DNA from: Paludibacteraceae bacterium
GTDB taxonomy: Bacteria > Bacteroidota > Bacteroidia > Bacteroidales > Paludibacteraceae
Length of the DNA stretch: 64,000 bases
NCBI GenBank assembly: GCA_045601825.1
Contig: JAZSAI010000033.1
Location: 57,946-121,945, forward strand
Direction of reading: 5' to 3'
Made by a program: the position numbers and the translations under genes. Position 1 is the first letter of the stretch. Each line of letters opens with the position of its first letter. The notes beneath the pieces are model-generated. The model ran no database searches, was not told the DNA's origin, and saw nothing but the letters and a program-made list of their open reading frames with translations. Shown here in pieces: positions 36,165-44,088 of the stretch.

Positions 36165-37247
36165 ATGAAGGTATTAATAGATGTCAATCATCCTGCTCAC
36201 GTCCATTATTTTAGAAATCTAATCAAAATTATGACGACCAATGGGCATGAATTTATCGTGATAAATCGAGATGATAAAATGATAAATGAGTTGCTCGATT
36301 ACTATGACATAAAACACGTCATTCGTAATAAGCGGCCAGAAAAGAAAAATTCCTTCATCTCACTGTGCTATTTGATGGGATGTATATGGGGATGTATCAA
36401 AGCGACATTAAAATATAAACCTAATATGTATCTTGGGTTTGGTTCTTCTGCAGCTTCTATTACAGCGTTATTATTCCGTAAACCTTGTATTCTATTGGAT
36501 GACACAGAGCATAATAAATTGAATCATAAATTATATATGCCAGGTGCATCAGTTGTTTTAACTCCGTTCTATTACAATATAGAGTTGGGTAAAAAACAAG
36601 TTAGGTTCAATGCTTATGTAGAGCAATTATATATGCATAGTAACTATTTCAGCATGAATGAAAATGTGATAGAGGAACAAGATGTAAAAAACAATGAATA
36701 CGTATTGGTTCGTTATATAGCATATGATGCTCATCATGATAAAGATGTTAAACCACTTTGCGAAGAGCAAAAAAAATCTATTGTACAGTTGTTGGCAAAG
36801 AAATATAAGGTGCTTCTTTCGTTAGAAAAAAATATTAAGGATGAGTTTTATAAACCTTATTTAGTGCGTTTTTCACCAGAGAAGATGCACGATATTGAAG
36901 CAGGAGCAAAATTCTTGGTGACAGAAGGTGCTACGATGGCTAGCGAGGCATTTGTGAATGGTATCCCATATGTCTATCTAAATCCTTTACGAGTAGGATA
37001 TGTCGATCAACAAGAAAAAATGATGCCTCAATATTTTACTCAAACAACTGATTATGAGAATGTGGTGGATTATATTGAAAGATTGTCATCAATGAAGGTG
37101 GATAATGAGTTAATAAAATCAGAGATTGAATCCACGACAATTGACCCAACGCGTTTCTTGGTTTGGTTTGTAGAAAACTATCCAGAGAGTGTACAGCAAA
37201 CCCGCGAGAACCAAAAGAACGATGCCTTCTGGGCAAAGTTTAAGTAA
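36165..37247 (+). CDS. DUF354-family protein (glycosyltransferase/epimerase-like fold, usually partnered with UDP-GlcNAc 2-epimerase)
   Basis: MKVLIDVNHPAHVHYFRNLIKIM..GHEF N-terminus is characteristic of DUF354. 360 aa. Confidence 0.7.
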   Translation: MKVLIDVNHPAHVHYFRNLIKIMTTNGHEFIVINRDDKMINELLDYYDIKHVIRNKRPEKKNSFISLCYLMGCIWGCIKATLKYKPNMYLGFGSSAASITALLFRKPCILLDDTEHNKLNHKLYMPGASVVLTPFYYNIELGKKQVRFNAYVEQLYMHSNYFSMNENVIEEQDVKNNEYVLVRYIAYDAHHDKDVKPLCEEQKKSIVQLLAKKYKVLLSLEKNIKDEFYKPYLVRFSPEKMHDIEAGAKFLVTEGATMASEAFVNGIPYVYLNPLRVGYVDQQEKMMPQYFTQTTDYENVVDYIERLSSMKVDNELIKSEIESTTIDPTRFLVWFVENYPESVQQTRENQKNDAFWAKFK

Positions 37248-37343
37248 ACTCAAATTTACAGATTTCTACATGTTTGGCGAAAATTAATTTGCGGATTTAT
37301 GCAATTTAATTATGAAAAATTTGTGTATATCAAAAATAAATAC

Positions 37344-37351
37344 TAACTTTG
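37344..37351 (+). promoter_or_regulatory. -7 box upstream of abiEi
   Basis: TAACTTTG, 60 nt before the TTG start. A near-palindrome CGAAAATTAATTTGCG lies at 37278-37293 upstream. Confidence 0.5.
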
Positions 37352-37410
37352 CAGCCAGAATTTGAATAGTTAAACGATTTTTTCTCGTTTTACTGTTGAA
37401 ATATTAGCTA

Positions 37411-38055
37411 TTGAGTATATTGTCACAATTAAGAAACATAGGATGTTTGCCTTTTGATAAGGGATGGCTGCAATCGGTCTTCCCTAATAATATACATCTC
37501 ACGGATAAAGTACGTCAATTAGTGGCAACAGGACAAATCATACGCCTCAAAAGAGGCATGTATGTTCTCAGCGAAGAACTAACTCAAAAACCTATTAACC
37601 GATTTATAGTGGCTAATCACTTGTATGGTCCTAGTTATGTGTCGCAGCAAACTGCTCTGCGCTATTATGGACTAATCCCTGAAACTGTATATTCTGTACA
37701 ATCGGTGACAACTAAAGCAACGCGTTCGTTTAATACGCCAATAGGAACGTTCTTCTACACTTCGGCACAACCGCAATGGTTTCCTATTGGCGTACATATG
37801 CATACGGAAACGGATCTGTCCTATTTAATCGCTACTCCTGAGAAAGCACTGCTGGATGTAGTGCAGTTTACGGCAGGTGTATCTATGCGCTACGCGAAGG
37901 AAGTAGGTGAATGGTTGGAAGAAGATTTGCGCTTTGATATGGATTGGTTAGCCGAAATCAATATGGATATACTTAAGCAACTAGCACCTCTATCACATAA
38001 ACAAAGAACAATAGAAACTATCATTCGATTTATAGAAAATGAACGACGTGTTTAG
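37411..38055 (+). CDS. abiEi: AbiEi-family antitoxin / transcriptional regulator (type IV TA, abortive infection)
   Basis: TTG start. ...QLVATGQIIRLKRGMYVLSEE... wHTH N-domain, then the AbiEi C-domain. Overlaps the downstream toxin gene by 17 nt. Confidence 0.8.
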   Translation: MSILSQLRNIGCLPFDKGWLQSVFPNNIHLTDKVRQLVATGQIIRLKRGMYVLSEELTQKPINRFIVANHLYGPSYVSQQTALRYYGLIPETVYSVQSVTTKATRSFNTPIGTFFYTSAQPQWFPIGVHMHTETDLSYLIATPEKALLDVVQFTAGVSMRYAKEVGEWLEEDLRFDMDWLAEINMDILKQLAPLSHKQRTIETIIRFIENERRV

Positions 38056-38863
38056 TCAAATGTTAGCTGTGCACACCATGCAAGGTACAGATGGTCAGCG
38101 CAATGCGCTATACGAGGTTATGCAACAGGTGGCATTGGCTGGTTTAGCGCGGGGTGGGTTCTTTCAAGAAGCTGCCTTCTATGGTGGCACATGTTTGCGC
38201 CTATTTCATGGACTGAAACGTTATTCGGAAGACATGGACTTCTTGCTGATACAAAAGAACCTTGATTTTCAGTTTGAGAAATATTTTCCTGCCATTATTG
38301 AGGAAGCACGTTTGTTGGGACGAGAGGTGTCTATCACCAAAAAAGACAAACGCAATTTTGGTCGTGTAGAGTCTGCATTTTTGAAGGATACAACAGATGT
38401 GTACAACCTCAGTTTCCAAACAGATCGCTCTGTGCGGATAAAGATAGAAGTTGATACCAATCCTCCAATGTCGTTCACGACCGAACAACGACTGATGGTG
38501 CAACCCTATTCGTTTATGGTACAATGCATGACTTTGCCTTGTCTGTTTGCAGGTAAGATGCATGCATTAGTTTACTGCCAATGGAAAAATCGCGTCAAAG
38601 GGCGCGATTGGTATGACTTTGAGTGGTATGTAAGGTGGAACCATCCTTTGAACTGGGCACATCTGCATGAACGTATTGTGGAGTTCTCGGGAAAGGAATG
38701 TACAAAAAATGAGTTCATAGGACTCCTCAACGAACGATTAGCAACGACCGATATAAATCAAGTGAAAACAGATGTGCTGCCATTTGTGCACCATCCAAGA
38801 GAATTAGATATCTGGTCTAATGATTACTTTTTGCAACTAGCTCAGCGTATTCGCTGGGAATAA
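38039..38863 (+). CDS. abiEii: AbiEii/AbiGii-family nucleotidyltransferase toxin
   Basis: NTase motif FYGGTCLRLFHGLKRYSEDMDF and the downstream ...KIEVDTNPP... pattern of the AbiEii family. Confidence 0.85.
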   Translation: MNDVFSQMLAVHTMQGTDGQRNALYEVMQQVALAGLARGGFFQEAAFYGGTCLRLFHGLKRYSEDMDFLLIQKNLDFQFEKYFPAIIEEARLLGREVSITKKDKRNFGRVESAFLKDTTDVYNLSFQTDRSVRIKIEVDTNPPMSFTTEQRLMVQPYSFMVQCMTLPCLFAGKMHALVYCQWKNRVKGRDWYDFEWYVRWNHPLNWAHLHERIVEFSGKECTKNEFIGLLNERLATTDINQVKTDVLPFVHHPRELDIWSNDYFLQLAQRIRWE

Positions 38864-38888
38864 TCCTGTTTTGATTCAAGAAAATCAC

Positions 38889-38896
38889 TAATTTTG
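38889..38896 (+). promoter_or_regulatory. -7 box upstream of wecB
   Basis: TAATTTTG, 54 nt before the ATG at 38950. Confidence 0.5.
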
Positions 38897-38949
38897 CAGA
38901 GTTTTTGAAATAAAATGCTATATCACACGACAATCATCGAACCAATCAT

Positions 38950-40134
38950 ATGCTCATAACACTTATCGCAGGCGCACGCCCTAACTTCATGAAGATTGCG
39001 CCACTCATCAAAGCCATACAAGCCGCTGAGGCAGCAGGCAAAGATATCCACTATCGTCTAGTACACACTGGACAACACTACGACAAGAATATGTCCGACA
39101 CCTTCTTCGAGGAACTCGGCATACCAATGCCCGACGTGAACCTAGGATGTGGTGGCGGTACACAAGCCGAACAGACAGCCAACATCATGGTGGCTTTTGA
39201 ACGTGATCTAATGGCTAATCCTACCGACTTGGTACTAGTCGTAGGCGACGTGACGAGTACTATGGCGTGCTCCATTGTGGCGAAGAAACTCAATACCAAA
39301 GTATGCCACGTAGAGGCCGGCATACGCAGTTGGGACCTAACTATGCCTGAAGAAATCAATCGTATGGTTACTGACTCATTGGCGGATTATATGTTTACGA
39401 CGAGCGAAGTGGCCAATAAGAACTTAGTTCTTAGTGGCTGCAGTTTAGAAAATGTGCCTAATAGCCTTATTGCCTCATCACCTGATAGCCTTCCCGAAGA
39501 AGGTTACACTTTCGAACGCATCAAACAGCGCGTATGGTATGTAGGCAATGTAATGATTGACACATTATTGGCTAATCACAGTCGCTTCCGCAAACCTGAG
39601 GTATATGATGCGCTCGGACTAGAGGAAAAACAATACATTGTCATGACCATGCACCGACCAGCGAACGTGGACGAAGAGGCGCACCTCAAAGCCCTCATGG
39701 AGCAGATAATTACCAACGTGCACGGATTGCCTATCATCTTTCCAATACATCCTCGTACTGCCAAGATTTTTTACAACCTATGGGGGGATGAAGAGCGACT
39801 AAAACAACTATTTCCTAATCTGCATATTGTAGCTCCAATGGGCTATCTGGAGTTTAACTATCTAGTAGAGCGTGCCAAAGCCGTAGTCACTGACTCGGGC
39901 GGCATCACCGAAGAGACCACCGTGATGGGTGTACCATGTATCACCTTGCGCGACAACACAGAGCGCCCAGAGACTTGCACTGTGGGTACCAACGAACTGA
40001 TAGGTACTGACCCTACAGCCGTGAAACCTGCACTGGATTTATTATTTAGTGGACAATGGAAGAAAGGCGCCATCCCTCCACTCTGGGACGGACACACCGC
40101 TGAACGCATTGTGGAGATATTGCTTAGTGTTTAG
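38950..40134 (+). CDS. wecB: UDP-N-acetylglucosamine 2-epimerase (non-hydrolysing)
   Basis: ARPNFMKIAPL, HTGQHYD, VVGDVTSTMA, HVEAGIRS, DSGGITEETTVMGVPCITLRDNTERPE. Carries a ~26-aa extra segment encoded by an octamer array. Confidence 0.9.
   Translation: MLITLIAGARPNFMKIAPLIKAIQAAEAAGKDIHYRLVHTGQHYDKNMSDTFFEELGIPMPDVNLGCGGGTQAEQTANIMVAFERDLMANPTDLVLVVGDVTSTMACSIVAKKLNTKVCHVEAGIRSWDLTMPEEINRMVTDSLADYMFTTSEVANKNLVLSGCSLENVPNSLIASSPDSLPEEGYTFERIKQRVWYVGNVMIDTLLANHSRFRKPEVYDALGLEEKQYIVMTMHRPANVDEEAHLKALMEQIITNVHGLPIIFPIHPRTAKIFYNLWGDEERLKQLFPNLHIVAPMGYLEFNYLVERAKAVVTDSGGITEETTVMGVPCITLRDNTERPETCTVGTNELIGTDPTAVKPALDLLFSGQWKKGAIPPLWDGHTAERIVEILLSV
39451..39503. repeat. In-frame octamer array plus hairpin inside wecB
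   Basis: aatgtgcc taatagcc ttattgcc tcatcacc tgatagcc, then CCTTC-ccgaa-GAAGG. Encodes NVPNSLIASSPDSLPEEG. Confidence 0.85.
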
Positions 40135-40169
40135 GAACGGCGCATAGCGCCTACTGTTTAGAGTTTAAA
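40127..40169. repeat. Composite CTAAAC-hairpin-CTAAAC spacer element, inverted orientation
   Basis: GTGTTTAG-gaac-GGCGC ATA GCGCC-tac-TGTTTAGAGTTTAA. The wecB stop TAG is inside the first word. Confidence 0.85.
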
Positions 40170-40180
40170 GATAAAAATAT

Positions 40181-40729
40181 ATGATACTACCAATTTATTT
40201 ATATGGGCAACCAGTATTGCGTAAGCCCACTGAAGACATTACACCCGAGTCAGTTGACCTAAAGCAACTGATTGCAGATATGTGGGAGACACTAGCCGTA
40301 GCAGAAGGATGTGGACTTGCAGCTCCGCAGATAGGCAAAGCTATTCGTCTTTTCATCGTGGATGGTACTGAATTGGCAGAAGACTATCCTGAGTGTCAGG
40401 ATTTTAAGAAGGTCTTTATCAATCCAGAGATTATCGAGGAAAGCGAAGATGATGCCACTTTCTCTGAGGGCTGTCTTTCGTTGCCTGGTATATCCGAGAA
40501 TGTCATCCGTCCTGCTAGCATCACGATTCGCTACATGGATGAGAACTTCACCGAGCATACCGAAACCTATGATGGGTTTGCAGCACGTATTATCCAACAC
40601 GAGTATGATCACTTGGAGGGACATGTCTTCACCGACCGTATCTCGCCTATCCGCAAACAGTTTGTTCGTACCAAACTCACCAACATCGCCAAAGGCAAGG
40701 TAGCCGCTCGCTATCGCACCAAACGATGA
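40181..40729 (+). CDS. def: Peptide deformylase
   Basis: GCGLAAPQIG, EGCLSLPG and QHEYDHLEG motifs. Confidence 0.95.
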   Translation: MILPIYLYGQPVLRKPTEDITPESVDLKQLIADMWETLAVAEGCGLAAPQIGKAIRLFIVDGTELAEDYPECQDFKKVFINPEIIEESEDDATFSEGCLSLPGISENVIRPASITIRYMDENFTEHTETYDGFAARIIQHEYDHLEGHVFTDRISPIRKQFVRTKLTNIAKGKVAARYRTKR

Positions 40730-40740
40730 TGCATATGAAT

Positions 40741-40807
40741 GTTTAGTGAACGCACCTCAAGAGTCACAATTTAGTGTAAAGAGATCAGCACAAAGTGCCT
40801 TAAAAGG
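40741..40807. repeat. Heptamer-phased spacer with GTTTAGT/ATTTAGT words and a GCAC-AAA-GTGC hairpin (def to GT32)
   Basis: gtttagt gaacgca cctcaag agtcaca atttagt gtaaaga gatcagc acaaagt gccttaa aaggATG. Confidence 0.7.
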
Positions 40808-41527
40808 ATGATACCAAAGGTAATCCATTATTGTTGGTTCGGAAAAGGTGATATGCCCGAATTGGCGCAAAACTGCATCACCTCATGGCATGCTCATATG
40901 CCTAATTGGGAATTCCGGCTTTGGTCAGAAGATAATTTCGATATTACTTCTGCACATCCATACGTTCAAGAGGCATATGCTGCTCAGAAATATGCGTTTG
41001 TGAGCGATTATGTACGATTGTGGGCATTAGAACGAGAGGGAGGCATATATCTAGATGTCGATGTGGAAGTGCTACGCCCAATGGATAACTTGCTAGCAGA
41101 TATAGCCTTTATAGGGATGGAAGAGTCGCTAGAACTACTGCCTGGCACATGCGTGATGGGATGTGAAGCACATTGCCAATGGGTGAAAGATATGTTGGCA
41201 ACCTATAATGATGCACATTTCTTTAGGAATGGTTCGCTAGATATGACTACCAATGTAGTGCGACTAGGTAAACGAATGGTGGTAGGTGGATTGCAACAAT
41301 ATGTGCGTGAGGTACAATATTTGCCCCAATGGGGACTGCGCGTATATACCCACGACTACTTCTCACCCATCACTGCTGCTCGCATTATGCGCCAGTCTTA
41401 CCAAACATATGCCATACATCGCTTTGCAGGTAGTTGGGTGGAGAAAAAAGGTTTCAAATGGTATAATTGGTGGATATTGCGGCAAATGATGCAGGGATTG
41501 ATTGCTTGGAGGCGAATAATGTTATGA
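40808..41527 (+). CDS. GT32-like glycosyltransferase (DXD sugar-binding region, capsular/LPS type)
   Basis: IPKVIHYCWFG...SDYVRLWALEREGGIYLDVDVEV (DxD). Confidence 0.75.
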   Translation: MIPKVIHYCWFGKGDMPELAQNCITSWHAHMPNWEFRLWSEDNFDITSAHPYVQEAYAAQKYAFVSDYVRLWALEREGGIYLDVDVEVLRPMDNLLADIAFIGMEESLELLPGTCVMGCEAHCQWVKDMLATYNDAHFFRNGSLDMTTNVVRLGKRMVVGGLQQYVREVQYLPQWGLRVYTHDYFSPITAARIMRQSYQTYAIHRFAGSWVEKKGFKWYNWWILRQMMQGLIAWRRIML

Positions 41528-41555
41528 GGTGAGGAAGTATCACACAATAAGAAAG

Positions 41556-42122
41556 ATGAGTTTACTGACGATTATATTAATGGCAATTGGATTGGCGATG
41601 GATTGCTTCGCCGTATCGGTGTGCAAGGGATTGACATCGCCGCATGGCTATGTGCCTCGCTATATCAAACCCATGCTCATGGCATTGTTGTTTGGTGTGT
41701 TTCATGCGGGCATGCCGCTGATTGGCTATTTCGCTGGCAGTCTGTTTGCCTCGTTCTTCGAGCGCTTTGCGCCATGGATAGCACTACTATTGCTTGGTTT
41801 TATTGGTGGTAAGATGATTTACGATTCGTTGAAAGAGGACAATGATGAAACGCATTTAGCCGATTTCTCTTTCTTGGGTTTGTTGTCATTGGCATTTGCC
41901 ACATCAATGGATACTTTGGCAACAGGTGTGATTTTTATTCCTCATCCAGAAGTATTGTGGATAGCTGTGGGCATTATAGCAGCGACATGTTTCTTGTTTT
42001 CTATGACGGGTTTTGTGATTGGTCATTTAGTAGGCGCTCGCCTGAGAATGAACGTAACAATTCTCGGTGGAGTGATACTTATTCTTATTGGTGTGAAAAT
42101 TTTTCTTGAAGGAATCCTATAA
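41556..42122 (+). CDS. mntP: Manganese efflux pump MntP
   Basis: MSLLTIILMAIGLAMDCFAVS N-terminus and the second half ...ATSMDTLATGV. I preferred the ATG at 41556 to the GTG at 41529. Confidence 0.85.
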   Translation: MSLLTIILMAIGLAMDCFAVSVCKGLTSPHGYVPRYIKPMLMALLFGVFHAGMPLIGYFAGSLFASFFERFAPWIALLLLGFIGGKMIYDSLKEDNDETHLADFSFLGLLSLAFATSMDTLATGVIFIPHPEVLWIAVGIIAATCFLFSMTGFVIGHLVGARLRMNVTILGGVILILIGVKIFLEGIL

Positions 42123-42123
42123 T

Positions 42124-42164
42124 CACTAAACAGTAGCGCTTTAGCGCGTTCTCTAAACACAAAA
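42124..42164. repeat. Composite CTAAAC-hairpin-CTAAAC spacer element (mntP to DUF3109)
   Basis: CACTAAACAGTA-GCGC TTTA GCGC-GTTCTCTAAACACAAAA, then ATATG. Confidence 0.85.
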
Positions 42165-42166
42165 AT

Positions 42167-42748
42167 ATGTTTTTGATTCAGAATACATTAGTTAGTTTGG
42201 ATGTCTTGGAGAAGGACTTTTGTTGCGATTTGGATAAATGTCGCGGATGTTGCTGTATCGAAGGCGATGCTGGCGCACCACTGACCGATGAAGAAGAGGA
42301 GAAAATACGCGAGATACTACCTATACTGCTGCCCGATATGACCAAAGAGGCGCGTGCCGTGGTGGAAGCGCAAGGGGTATCGTATCTTGACCCTTCAGGC
42401 GAAAAAGTCACTTCAATTGTCAATGACAAAGATTGTGTCTTTGCCCGAACTGACCACAATGGGTGGTGCTACTGCCTGATAGAAAAAGCATACAACGCAG
42501 GCAAGATTGATTTCAAGAAACCTATCTCTTGTCATTTATATCCTATACGATTGAACAAAGTGGGCGATATGATTGGGGTGGAGTACCATCGTTGGGATAT
42601 TTGCCATTGCGCACGACAACTGGGCAAGAAACTGCATCTGCCTATCTATCAATTTCTGAAAGAGCCACTTATTCGACGTTTTGGACAAGAGTGGTATGAT
42701 GAGCTTTGCCTTGTTGCCTATGAATGGCACAAGCAGGTTAAAGGTTAG
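42167..42748 (+). CDS. DUF3109-family Cys-rich protein
   Basis: Cys cluster FCCDLDKCRGCCCIEGDAGAPLT plus later CYC/CH.C motifs typical of DUF3109. Confidence 0.7.
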   Translation: MFLIQNTLVSLDVLEKDFCCDLDKCRGCCCIEGDAGAPLTDEEEEKIREILPILLPDMTKEARAVVEAQGVSYLDPSGEKVTSIVNDKDCVFARTDHNGWCYCLIEKAYNAGKIDFKKPISCHLYPIRLNKVGDMIGVEYHRWDICHCARQLGKKLHLPIYQFLKEPLIRRFGQEWYDELCLVAYEWHKQVKG

Positions 42749-42758
42749 AAGCATGGAT

Positions 42759-44060
42759 ATGAAGGCTGAGATTATAACAATAGGCGATGAACTGCTGATT
42801 GGGCAAGTGGTGGATACCAACTCGGCTTGGATGGCAGAGCGACTCAATGAGGCGGGGATTGAACTCTACCAAATAACATCTGTGCACGATGACCGAGAAC
42901 ATATACTGAAGGCATTAGACGAAGCCTTCTCGCGTGCAGATATAGTGCTGACTACGGGAGGACTGGGTCCTACCAAAGATGATATTACCAAGCACGTTAT
43001 GTGTGAGTATTTTGGCACTACACTGGTGGAAGATTCGCGCGTGCGTGAGCATATACACGAGTTGTATAAGGAGCGACCTGATGTACTCAATCGCTTGACT
43101 GCTACCCAATGGCTCGTTCCCGAATCGGCTACCATACTGCCTAATCGGGTAGGTAGTGCACCGATTATGGTGTTTGAGAATGAGGTTAAAGGTGAGAGGT
43201 TAGAGGTTAGAGGCGAGGGACAAAATTCAAAATTCCTCATTGCCATGCCTGGTGTACCCCATGAGATGAAGATTGCGATGAGGGAGCAGGTACTTCCGTT
43301 TATTAGGTTAAAGGTGAGAGGTGAGAGGTTAGAGGTGAGCGGTGAGATTATTCATCGCACAATGATGTTGTATGGCATAGCGGAATCGACATTGGCACTA
43401 AAAATAGAGGAATGGGAGAATGCTCTGCCACAATCAATGCATTTGGCATACTTGCCTAAGGACGGTATTATTCGCCTGCGATTGAGCAGTTATGGCGAAG
43501 CAACAAAAGAAGAAATAGAGCAGCAATTAGCTAATCTAAAGCCACTGATAGCAGACTATCTGATAGCCACCGAAGATTTGCCTTTAGAAACGATATTGGG
43601 CAATCTACTCAAACAACGTCATCAGACTATTGCCACGGCAGAGAGTTGTACAGGTGGACGTTTGGCAGCCGCACTCAATGCGCAGTCGGGCGCATCGGCA
43701 TACTATATGGGTTCGGTAGTGGCATACGACAATACCATCAAGGAGCAAGTGCTGGGCGTGAAGCATGATACATTGGAAAAATACGGTGCCGTCAGCGAAC
43801 AAACTGTGCGTGAGATGGCTGAAGGTGTACGCGCACTAATGAACACGGATTATGCAATTGCCACATCAGGTATAGCTGGCCCTACTGGGGGAACACCAGA
43901 CAAGCCCGTAGGTACAGTATGGATAGCATGGGCTACGCCAAAGGGTACGACGGCGGAGTGTTATCACTTTGGTGTTGCGCGTGAACGCGAACAAATCACC
44001 CAGCGTGCAGTCACTGCTGCTTTGGTAGAACTAATCAAATCACTAAACACTAAACAGTAG
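42759..44060 (+). CDS. cinA: CinA-family competence/damage-inducible protein (MoCF-binding domain + PncC-like nicotinamide-nucleotide amidase domain)
   Basis: MKAEIITIGDELLIGQVVDTNS start (an ATG also occurs at 42753). C-terminal domain ATAESCTGG...IATSGIAGPTGG. Contains two in-frame heptamer arrays. Confidence 0.9.
   Translation: MKAEIITIGDELLIGQVVDTNSAWMAERLNEAGIELYQITSVHDDREHILKALDEAFSRADIVLTTGGLGPTKDDITKHVMCEYFGTTLVEDSRVREHIHELYKERPDVLNRLTATQWLVPESATILPNRVGSAPIMVFENEVKGERLEVRGEGQNSKFLIAMPGVPHEMKIAMREQVLPFIRLKVRGERLEVSGEIIHRTMMLYGIAESTLALKIEEWENALPQSMHLAYLPKDGIIRLRLSSYGEATKEEIEQQLANLKPLIADYLIATEDLPLETILGNLLKQRHQTIATAESCTGGRLAAALNAQSGASAYYMGSVVAYDNTIKEQVLGVKHDTLEKYGAVSEQTVREMAEGVRALMNTDYAIATSGIAGPTGGTPDKPVGTVWIAWATPKGTTAECYHFGVAREREQITQRAVTAALVELIKSLNTKQ
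43182..43237. repeat. In-frame heptamer array 1 inside cinA
   Basis: gaggtta aaggtga gaggtta gaggtta gaggcga gggacaa aattcaa aattcct. Encodes ..EVKGERLEVRGEGQNSKF.. Confidence 0.85.
43304..43345. repeat. In-frame heptamer array 2 inside cinA
   Basis: taggtta aaggtga gaggtga gaggtta gaggtga gcggtga, 42 nt, encoding RLKVRGERLEVSGE. Confidence 0.85.
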
Positions 44061-44087
44061 CCCGCAGGGCGTTCACTAAACACCAAA
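44041..44087. repeat. Composite CTAAAC-hairpin-CTAAAC spacer element (cinA to transporter)
   Basis: CACTAAA CACTAAA CAGTA-GCCC GCA GGGC-GTT CACTAAA CACCAAA, then TATG. The cinA C-terminus SLNTKQ* is encoded by the words. Confidence 0.9.
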
Positions 44088-44088
44088 T

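Noticed and set aside
32027-39000. Calling the 32-39 kb accessory islet an integrated mobile element.
   Set aside because: There is no integrase, transposase, relaxase, tRNA target or terminal inverted/direct repeats bounding the whole block. Only internal duplication scars and an AbiE module are present.
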